From positions 1 through 64,000 of the forward strand of contig JAXLNO010000469.1 of NCBI GenBank assembly GCA_038087875.1: DNA of 64,000 nucleotides. The letters run 5' to 3'. The stretch is from Malacoraja senta. Its lineage: Eukaryota. Positions 49,422 to 64,000 of this stretch are shown here, piece after piece. Within the stretch, counting starts at the first letter, position 1. Each line of letters begins with the position of its first letter. The position numbers and the translations under genes were made by a program. A model generated the notes under the pieces. It searched no databases and was not told where the DNA came from. It worked only from the letters and a program-made list of their open reading frames with translations.

Positions 49422-52329
49422 CTGAAGGCTTTGTGTCTCAATGCAAGGAGCATTCGTAATAAGGTGGATGAGTTGAATGTGCAGATAGCTATTAATGACT
49501 ATGATATGGTTGGGATCACGGAGACATGGCTCCAGGGTGACCAAGGCTGGGAGCTGAATATCCAGGGATATTCAATATTCAGGAGGGATAGAGAGAAAGG
49601 AAAAGGAGGTGGGGTAGCGTTGCTGATTAGAGAGGAGATTAACGCAATGGAAAGGAAGGACATTAGTTTCGAGGATGTGGAATCGGTATGGGTAGAACTG
49701 CGAAACACGAAGGGGCAGAAAACGCTGGTGGGTGTTGTGTACAGGCCACCTAACAGTAGTAGTGAAGTTGGAGATGGTATCAAACAGGAAATTAGAAATG
49801 CGTGCGACAAAGGCAAAACAGTTATAATGGGTGACTTCAATCTACATATAGATTGGGTGAATCAAATTGGCAGGGTTGCTAAGGAAGAGGATTTCTTGGA
49901 ATGTATGCGGGATAGTTATCTAAATCAACATGTAGAGGAACCAACGAGAGAGCAGGCTATTTTAGACTGGGTATTGAGTAATGAGGAAGGGTTGGTTAGC
50001 AGTCTTGTTGTACGTGCCCCCTTGGGCAAGAGTGACCATAATATGGTTGAGTTCTTCATTAGGATGGAGAGTGACATTGTTAATTCAGACACAATGGTTC
50101 TGAACTTAAAGAAAGGTCACTTTGAGGGTATGAGACGTGAATTGGCCAAGATTGACTGGCAATTAATTCTAAAAGGGTTGACGGTGGATATGCAATGGAA
50201 GACATTTAAAGACTGCATGGATGAACTACAAAAATTGTTCATCCCAGTTTGGTAAAAGAATAAATCAGGGAAGGTAGTGCATCCGTGGATAACAAGGGAA
50301 ATCAGGGAAGGTATCAAAGCGAAGGATGATGCGTACAAATTAGCCAGAAAAAGCAGCATACCGGAGGACTGGGAGAAATTCAGAGACCAGCAGAGGAGGA
50401 CAAAGGGCTTAATTAGGAAAGGAAAAATAGGGTATGAAAGAAAACTGGCAGGGAACAAAAAAACTGACTGCAAAAGTCTTTATAGATATGTGAAAAGAAA
50501 GAGATTAGTTAAAACAAATGTAGGTCCCTTGCAGTCAGAAACAGGTGAGTTGATCATAGGGAACAAGGATATGGCGGACCAATTGAATAACTACTTTGGT
50601 TCCGTCTTCACTAAGGAAGACATAAATAATCTGCCGGAAATAGCAGAGGACCGCGGGTCAAAGGAGTTGGAGGAATTGAGTGAAATCCAGGTTAGTCGGG
50701 AAGTGGTGTTGGGTAAATTGAATGGATTAAAGGCCGATAAATCCCCAGGGCCAGATAGGCTGCATCCCAGAGTACTTAAGGAAGTAGCTCCAGAAATAGT
50801 GGATGCATTAGTAATAATCTTTCAAAATTCTTTAGATTCTGGAGTAGTTCCTGAGGATTGGCGGGTAGCAAACGTAACCCCGCTTTTCAAGAAGAGAGGG
50901 AGAGAGAAAACCGGGAATTACAGACCAGTTAGTCTAACATCGGTAGTTGGGGAAACTGCTAGAGTCAGTTATTAAAGATGGGATAGCAGCACATTTGGAA
51001 AGTGGTGAAATCATTGGACAAAGTCAGCATGGATTTACGAAAGGTAAATGATGTCTGACGAATCTTATGGAAGTTTTCGTGGATGTAACTAGTAGCGTGG
51101 ATAGGGGAGAACCAGTGGATGTGGTGTATCTGGACTTCCAGAAGGCTTTCGACAAGGTCCCACATAAGAGATTAGTATACAAACTTAAAGCACATGGCAT
51201 TGGGGGTTCAGTATTGATGTGGATAGAGAACTGGCTGGCAAACAGGAAGCAAAGAGTAGGAGTAAACGGGTCATTTTCACAATGGCAGGCAGTGACTAGT
51301 GGGGTACCGCAAGGCTCAGTGCTGGGACCCCAGCTAGTTACAATATATATTAATGATCTGGATGAGGGAATTGAAGGCAATATCTCCAAGTTTGCGGATG
51401 ACACTAAGCTGGGGGGCAGTGTTAGCTGTGAGGGGATGCTAGGAGAGTGCAAGGTGACTTGGATAGGCTGGGTGAGTGGGTAAATGTTTGGCAGATGCAG
51501 TATAATGTGGATAAATGTGAGGTTATCCATTTTGGTGGCAAAAACAGGAAAGCAGTCTATTATCTAAATGGTGACCGACTAGGAAAAGGGGAGATGCAGC
51601 GAGACCTGGGTGTCATGGTACACGAGTCATTGAAAGTAGGCATGCAGGTGCAGCAGGCTGTGAAGAAAGCGAATGGTATGTTAGCTTTCATAGCAAAAGG
51701 ATTTGAGTATAGGAGCCGGAAGGTTCTACTTCAGTTGTACAGGGTCTTGGTGAGACCACACCTGGATTATTGCGTACAGTTTTGGTCTCCAAATCTGAGG
51801 AAGGACATTATTGCCATAGAGGGAGTGCAAAGAAGGTTCACCAGACTGATTCCTGGGATGTCAGGACTGTCTTATGGAGAAAGACTGGATAGACTTGGTT
51901 TATACTCTCTAGAATTTAGGAGATTGAGAGGGGATCTTATAGAAACTTACAAAATTCTTAAGGGGTTGGTCAGGCTAGATGCAGGAAGATTGCTCCCGAT
52001 GTTGGGGAAGTCTTGGACAAGGGGTCACAGCTTAAGGATAAGGGGGAAATCCTTTAAACCGAGATGAGAAGAACTTTTTTCACACAGAGAGTGGTGAATC
52101 TCTGGAACTCTCTGCCACAGAGGGTAGTCGAGTCCAGTTCATTGGCTATATTTAAGAGGAGTTAGATGTGGCCCTTGCGGCTAAAGGGATCAGAGGGTAT
52201 GGAGAGAAGGCAGGTACGGGATACTGAGTTGGATGATCAGCCATGATCATATTGAATGGCGGGTGCAGGCTCGAAGGGCCGAATGGCCTACTCCTGCCAC
52301 CTAATTTCTATGTTTCTATGTTTCTATGT
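49422..52329 (+). mobile_element. CR1 LINE (family A), truncated at the start of the endonuclease; disrupted ORF2; intact 3' end
   Basis: CLNARS, ITETW, YRPP, MGDFN, SDH and RT motifs; closely similar to 8047-10188 from about 50186 onward; tail (TTTCTATG)3. Confidence 0.96.
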
Positions 52330-52350
52330 TAAACACCTATAAACCCCTGT

Positions 52351-52550
52351 NNNNNNNNNNNNNNNNNNNNNNNNNNNNNNNNNNNNNNNNNNNNNNNNNN
52401 NNNNNNNNNNNNNNNNNNNNNNNNNNNNNNNNNNNNNNNNNNNNNNNNNNNNNNNNNNNNNNNNNNNNNNNNNNNNNNNNNNNNNNNNNNNNNNNNNNNN
52501 NNNNNNNNNNNNNNNNNNNNNNNNNNNNNNNNNNNNNNNNNNNNNNNNNN
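52351..52550. other. Assembly gap, 200 N
   Basis: Run of exactly 200 N. Confidence 1.
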
Positions 52551-52970
52551 GCCCACGCTGACCCAACATGCCCCATCTACACTAGCCACAGTGTCACAGA
52601 AACAGGCCCTTCGGCCCAACTTGCCCACGCCAGCCAACGTGTGATAAAGCCTGGAAACACAGGCCCAACTTGCCCACACTGACCAACATGCCCCATCTAC
52701 ACTAGTCACAGTGTCACGGAAACAGGCCCTTCGGCCCAACTTGCCCATGCCGGCCGACATGCCCCATCTACACTAGTCATAGAGTGATACAGCATGGAAA
52801 CAGGCCCTTCGCCCAACTTGCCCACCCTGGCCAACATGCCCATCTACACTAGCCACAGTGTCACAGAAACAGGCCCTTCGGCCCAACTTGCCCACGCCTG
52901 CTTACATGCCTCATCTACACTAGTCATAGAGTGATACAGCGTGGAAACAGGCCCTTCGGCCCAACTTGGC
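52551..52970 (-). repeat. Minisatellite of about 70-77 bp built from a CR1 3' UTR terminus
   Basis: About six units; CATCTACACTAG recurs at about 52574, 52694, 52765, 52841 and 52912; the reverse complement matches 57914-57996. Confidence 0.85.
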
Positions 52971-52985
52971 ATCACCAGCCAATAT

Positions 52986-53285
52986 CCAGAACCAGGGGCC
53001 ACACAGTCTTAGAATAAAGGGGAGGCCATTTAAGACTGAGGTGAGAAAAGACTTTTTCCCAGAGAGTTGTGAATTTGTGGAATTCCCTGCCACAGAGGGC
53101 AGTGAGGCCAAGTCACTGGTTGGATTTAAGAGAGAGTTAGATAGAGCTCTAGGGCTGGTGAGTCAAGGGGTATGGGGAGAAGGGCAGGGCACGGGTTATT
53201 GATAGGGACGATCAGCCATGATCACAATGAATGGTGGTGCTGGCTCGAAGGGCCGAATGGCTCCTCCTGCACCTATTGTCTATTG
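52986..53285 (+). mobile_element. CR1 3' fragment
   Basis: Degenerate ORF2 C-terminus (GHSLRIKGRPFKTEVRK...GTGY), 3' UTR and (CTATTGT) tail. Confidence 0.9.
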
Positions 53286-53343
53286 CCTTCATGACCCACG
53301 TGTAGATACAACTCAAAACATCCACATTTATCCCCGAACTAGT

Positions 53344-54113
53344 CAATAGACAATAGACAATAGGTGCAGGAGTAGGCCATTTTGGCCCTTCGAGCCAGCA
53401 CCGCCATTCAAGTGATCATGGGCTGATCATCCCCAATCAGTAACCCCGTTCCTGCTTCTCCCCATATCCCCTGACCTCCGCTATCTTTAAGAGCCCTATC
53501 TAGCTCTCTCTAGAAAGCATCCAGAGAACCGGCCTCCACCGCCCTCTGAGGCAGAGAATTCCACAGACTCACCACTCTCTGTGTCTAAAAGTGTTCCTCG
53601 TCTCCGTTCTAAATGGCCGACCCCTTATTCTTAAACTGTGGCCCCTGGTTCTGGACTCCACCAACATCGGGAACATGTTTCCTGCCTCTAGCGTGTCCAA
53701 ACCCTTAGCAATCTTACATGTTTCAATGAGATACCCTCTCATCCTTTCTAAACTCCAGAGTGTACAAGCCCAGCCGCTCCATTCTGTCAGCATATGACAG
53801 TCCCGCCATCCTGGGAATTAACCTGGTAAACCTACGCTAGGCTCCCTCAATAGCAAGAATGTCCTTCCTCAAATTAGGGGACCGAAACTGCACACAATAC
53901 TCCAGGTGTGGTCTCACTAGGGCCCTGTCCAACTGCAGAAGGACCTCTTTACTGCTATATTCGACTCCTCTTGTTATAAAGGCCAACATGCCATTCGCTT
54001 TCTTCACTGCCTGCGTACCTGCATGCTTACTTTCATAGACTGATGAACAAGGACCCCCAGATCCAGTTGTACTTCCACTTTTCCCAACTTGACGCCATTT
54101 AGATAGGAATCTG
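53344..54113 (-). mobile_element. CR1 3' fragment
   Basis: (CAATAGA)n tail on plus; minus-strand ORFs with VKKANGMLAFI and [10 protein letters not shown]. Confidence 0.92.
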
Positions 54114-54120
54114 TCAGTGT

Positions 54121-54846
54121 GATCAGTACCCCATTCCTGCTTCCTCCCCACATCCCTTGATTCCTTTAGCCCTAACAGCTAAATCGAACTCTCTCTTAGA
54201 AACATAGAAACATAGAAAATAGGTGCAGGAGGAGGCCAGTCGGCCCTTCGAGCCAGCACCGCCATTCATTGTGATCATGGCTGATCGTCCCCTATCAATA
54301 ACCCGTGCCTGCCTTCTCCCCATATCCCTTGACTCCACTAGCCCCCAGAGCTCTATCTAACTCTCTCTTAAATCCATCCAGTGACTTGGCCTCCACTGCC
54401 CTCTGTGGCAGGAATTCCATAAATTCACAACTCTCTGGGTGGAAAAGAAAAAGTTTTTCTCACCTCAGTCTTAAAGACCTCCCTTTATTCTAAGACTGTG
54501 TGGCCCTGTTCTGGACTCGCCCAACATTGGGAACATTTTTCCTGCATCTAGCTTGTCCAGTCCTTTTATAATTTTATACGTTTCTATACGATCCCCTCCC
54601 CTCCCCTCATCCTTCTAAACTCCAGTGAATACAAGCCTAGTCTTTTCAATCTTTCCTCATACGACAGTCCCGCCATCCCAGGGATCAAATCACGTGAACC
54701 TACGCTGCACTGCCTACGATCACAAGGATGTCCTTCCTCAAATTAGGAGAGCAAAACTGCACACATACTCTTGAAAACATCCAGTGATTTGGCCTCCACT
54801 GCCTTCTGCGGCAGAGAATTCCACAGATTCACAACTCTCCGGGGTG
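54121..54846 (-). mobile_element. Older CR1 3' fragment, split by a nested CR1 into 54121-54197 and 54773-54846
   Basis: The two halves join as ...AACTCTCTCTT|GAAAACATCCAG..., colinear with other CR1 3' ends in the window. Confidence 0.8.
54198..54770 (-). mobile_element. Nested CR1 3' fragment
   Basis: (AGAAACAT)n tail on plus; CTCTT duplicated at 54193-54197 and 54768-54772. Confidence 0.88.
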
Positions 54847-55021
54847 GTATTCTGATTACCAACAGATCCCCTCCCCATGTGTGTGCGTGTGTGTGCTTTT
54901 TTTTTCCCTTCTCCAGCCCCCTTCCGCAGTCTCTGGCTCCCCTCTCCCAGTCTTGGTCTCCTGCGGGAACCATCGTGGAGGGGGAAGCAGGAATTTTCAT
55001 CCAGTGCATCCAAGAGGCCCA

Positions 55022-55404
55022 AAGTTATTTTTAATTTTCGATCAGAAGCAGCGTACCAAAAAAAGCATAAACACATGACACAATTACATTCATCGTCCAG
55101 CCTCCATTTTGATTTTTAGCTAAGATGACGAAGTAGAAAAAAGAGCCAAAAAAGAGCAAGAAAGAGAGAAAACGAACGAGAAAGTGATCGTGTAAGAATA
55201 GAACCCCCTAGACGACCAAATGAGTGTCGTCGAAGAGTAAATAGAAACTTTAAAAAAATAGAAAAAAGAAATAAAAAGGCAAAAACAGAAAGAAAAACTG
55301 ATGATATACCTGCCACTTATCTCTCCCCACCCACCACCCAACCCGCAAGTTGGTTTAATTCCCAAGTTGAGTTGCACCATACTATCCTTGTAATGAATCA
55401 ATGA
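55022..55404 (-). mobile_element. Probable L1/Tx1-like LINE ORF2 end plus 3' UTR remnant
   Basis: Minus strand reads FIDSLQG-stop, then a G-rich tract, a long T-rich UTR and an A-rich end, which is the usual fish L1 3' architecture; not verified by alignment. Confidence 0.45.
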
Positions 55405-56030
55405 ATAGAAACATAGACAATAGGTGCAGGAGTAGAGGCCATTCGGCCCTTCGAGCCTGCACCGCCGTCCGATATGATCACGGCTGATCATCCAACTCAG
55501 TATCCTGTACCTGCCTTCTCTCCATACCCTCTGATCCCTTTAGCCACAAGGGCCACATCTAACTCCCTCTTAAATATACCCAATGAACTGGCCTCAACTA
55601 CCTTCTGTGGCAGAGAATTCCACAGATTCACCACTCTCTGTGTGTGTGAAAAAAAAATGTTTTTCTCATCTCGGTCCTAAAAGACTTCCCCCTTATCCTT
55701 AAACTGTGTGACCCCTTGTCCTGGACTTCCCCAACATCAGGAACAATCTTCCTGCATCTAGCCTGTCCAACCCCTTAAGAATTTTGTATGTTTCTATAAG
55801 ATCCCCCCCTCAATCTTCTAAATTCCAGCGAGTACAAGCCGAGTCTATCCAGTCTTTCTTCGTATGAAAGTCCTGGCCATCCCAGGAATCAGTCTGGTGA
55901 ACCTTCTCTGTACTCCCTCTATGGCAAGAATGTCTTTCCTCAGATTAGGAGACCAAAACTGTACGCAATACTCCAGGTGTGGTCTCACCAAGACCCTGTA
56001 CAACTGCAGTAGAACCTCCCCGCTCCTATA
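55405..56030 (-). mobile_element. CR1 family A-like 3' fragment
   Basis: Reverse complement of about 9568-10180 with small indels. Confidence 0.92.
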
Positions 56031-56221
56031 TTGCTTCTATCCAGTCTCTGGTTTTCCTGCTAAGACAAGTCTCATATCTTCAAGATGTAGCGTCTCAAAC
56101 ATGTTTGTAATCCACCCGATTCCCACAGTTCATTCCCATCTCCGAGTGTTGCCAGGAATCGAGCCTCGATGCCCGGGGAAAGAGAGGCCCTTCGGCCCAC
56201 CTTGTCCGTGCCGCCCCCCCT

Positions 56222-56591
56222 CGAGGCTCGCACGACTTTCCCGCTCCCAAACAAGGGACGAGAGGTGCAAAGAAATGCGGGAGAAATTCCCCGACGGCGA
56301 TTCGTTGACCGTGGCTGGGTGAGCAGTGAGTTGGCTGGGCCAGCTGAGGAGTTTTGGCCCGGGGGGGGGGGCGCGCGCAAAGTCTGGCACCCCGTCCAAC
56401 TCGCGAACCGACGGTCGGCCCGTGAGAAGGAGGGGTGGTGGCGGTGGTGGTGACAGCGGTCAGCGAAAGCCCGAAGGTCGGACTGACAGCTAGGCCGGGC
56501 TGCCGACCGACCGACGGGGCCACCGGCTGCTGCTGCACTCCACGGGCTGCACTGCGTTGGGGACGGGTGAGGCGGGGGCCGGACGCGGCGG
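56222..56591. mobile_element. GC-rich interspersed repeat, possibly a degraded non-autonomous DNA transposon arm
   Basis: Abrupt CpG-rich island with GGGAC/GGGAG-type short motifs, cut by the next CR1; no intact terminal inverted repeat pair is visible. Confidence 0.3.
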
Positions 56592-56592
56592 T

Positions 56593-57192
56593 CAATAGAC
56601 AATCGACAATAGGTGCAGGAACAGGCCATTCGGCCCTTCGAGCCAGCACTCGTGATCATGGCTGATCATCCCCAATCAGTACCCCCATTCCTGCCTTCTC
56701 CCCATATCCCCTGACTCCGCTATCTTTAAGAGCCCTATCTAGCTCTCTCTTGAAAGCATCCAGAGAACCGGCCTCCACCGCCCTCTGAGGCAGAGAATCC
56801 CACAGACTCACCACTCTCTGCGAGAAAAAGTGTTTCCTCGTCTCCGTTCTAAATGGCCGACCCCTTATTCTTAAACTGTGTGTGTGTGGCCCCTGGTTCT
56901 GGACTCCCCCAACATCGGGAACATGTTTCCTACCTCTAGCGTGTCCAAGCCCTTAACAATCTTATATGTTTCAATGAGATCCCCTCTCATCCTTCTAAAC
57001 TCCAGAGTGTACAAGCCCAGCCGCTCCATTCTCTCAGCATACGACAGTCCCGCCATCCCGGGAATTAACCTTGTAAACCTACGCTGCACTCCCTCAATAG
57101 CAAGAATGTCCTTCCTCAAATTAGGGGACCAAAACTGCACACAATACTCCAGGTGTGGTCTCACCAGGGCCCTGTACAACTGCAGAAGGAAC
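56593..57192 (-). mobile_element. CR1 3' fragment
   Basis: Minus-strand ORF 56871-57179 [18 protein letters not shown]...; same subfamily as 53344-54113. Confidence 0.93.
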
Positions 57193-57204
57193 TACCTCCT
57201 CTCG

Positions 57205-57287
57205 TACGGGCGTAGTGCTAGGAGGATCGCTGGTCGGCGCGGACACCCGGTGGGCCGAAGGGCCTGTTTCTGCGCTGCATCTCTAAC
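57205..57287 (+). mobile_element. SINE 3' fragment with a CR1-derived tail
   Basis: GGATCGCTGGTCGGCGCGGAC...GGGCCGAAGGGCCTGTTTCTGCGCTG, homologous to 57640-57700. Confidence 0.75.
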
Positions 57288-57507
57288 CATGATATACTTA
57301 TTCACAAAAGCCTGTGGATCCTGCCTGATCAACTTGCTGTGTAAGTCCGCTCAGAGAATTCTAATAATAGCTGCTGACAACGTCATTAGCGTTTGAAGCA
57401 CTCATCAACGTGTAGAACTGTACATTCCATGTGGGCTGTTTCGACGTACATTAAATACTCCGTTAACTGTTCAATTCTTCGGACAGTTAGAACATTAAAA
57501 CAGTCAA

Positions 57508-57713
57508 CGGGTTCCATCCTGACCACGGGTGCCGTCTGTACGGAGTTTGTACCTTCTCCCCGTGACTTTTCTCCGAGATCTTCGGTCTCCGCCCACACTC
57601 CAAAGACGTGCGGGTTTGTAGGTTAATTGGCTTTGGCGGGGATCGCTGGGCGGCACGGACTCGGTGGGCCGAGGGGAATGTTTCCGCGCTGTATCTCCAA
57701 ACTAAACTAAACT
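57508..57713 (+). mobile_element. V-SINE (HE1-like) tRNA-derived SINE, 5'-truncated with an internal deletion
   Basis: Box B-like GGTTCCATCC, V-domain-like GGAGTTTGTACCTTCTCCCCGTG...CCCACACTCCAAAGAC, CR1-like 3' hairpin and (AAACT)n tail. Confidence 0.8.
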
Positions 57714-57715
57714 TT

Positions 57716-58000
57716 CATAGGTTTAAGGTGAAGGGGAAAAGATTTAATAGGAATCTGAGGGGTGACTTTTCCACACAGAGGGCGGTGGGTGTATGGAACG
57801 AGCTGCCGGAGGAGGTAGTTGAGGCTGGGACTATCCCAACGCTTAAGAAACAGTTAGACAGCTACATGGATAGGACAGGTTTGGAGGGATATGGACCAAA
57901 CGCGGGCAGGTGGGACTAGTGTAGATGGGGCATGTTGGCCGGTGTGGGCAAGTTGGGCAGAAGGGCCTGTTTCTACGCTGTATCATTCTGTGACTCTATA
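57716..58000 (+). mobile_element. CR1 (third family) 3' fragment
   Basis: HRFKVKGKRFNRNLRGDFSTQRAVGVWNELP...GRWD-stop (57919), followed by a 3' UTR. Confidence 0.9.
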
Positions 58001-58046
58001 AACTAAATTAAACTCTAAAGAATTAAGGTCTGAAGAATGCAAATTC

Positions 58047-64000
<5,954 letters not shown>

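Noticed and set aside
52324..52760. ORFs spanning the N run
   Set aside because: Artefacts of the assembly gap.
55137..55404. Stop-free Lys/Arg/Glu-rich plus-strand frame resembling an exon
   Set aside because: It is the A-rich antisense of a probable L1 3' UTR, with no start codon, no matching splice pair and no recognisable domain.
56072..56665. GC-rich overlapping ORFs or a CpG-island promoter
   Set aside because: Short GC-rich segment wedged between CR1 fragments, with no domain similarity or adjacent gene; more likely a repeat fragment.

Overview
Eukaryotic, gene-free heterochromatin made almost entirely of repeats. It is most likely from a cartilaginous fish such as a skate or ray; this is inferred from the CR1 LINE families and a V-SINE/HE1-like SINE. 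Layout: (1) 1-37289 is a CpG-rich 20-bp satellite (GGCGACCTTGCCGGA[TTTRT/AATAT]) with kb-scale higher-order duplications. It is interrupted by four CR1 insertions, one apparently full-length with a zinc-finger/esterase ORF1, and by a 34-bp retroposon tail. (2) 37290-52350 holds an inverted CR1 fragment, a degenerate telomere-like 10-bp satellite that switches strand across a truncated DIRS/Ngaro-type retrotransposon, and another CR1. (3) A 200-N scaffold gap follows. (4) 52551-58046 is a pile-up of CR1, SINE and L1-like fragments. (5) The last 6 kb is a structured (CA/CG)n array. No host protein-coding gene is supported. The most notable observation is in the full-length CR1: a canonical -1 frameshift heptamer (T TTA AAC) sits directly before the ORF1 stop codon and leads into an AUG-less ORF2 in the -1 frame. 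There is also a twin-priming-like 5' inversion of a CR1 3' end.
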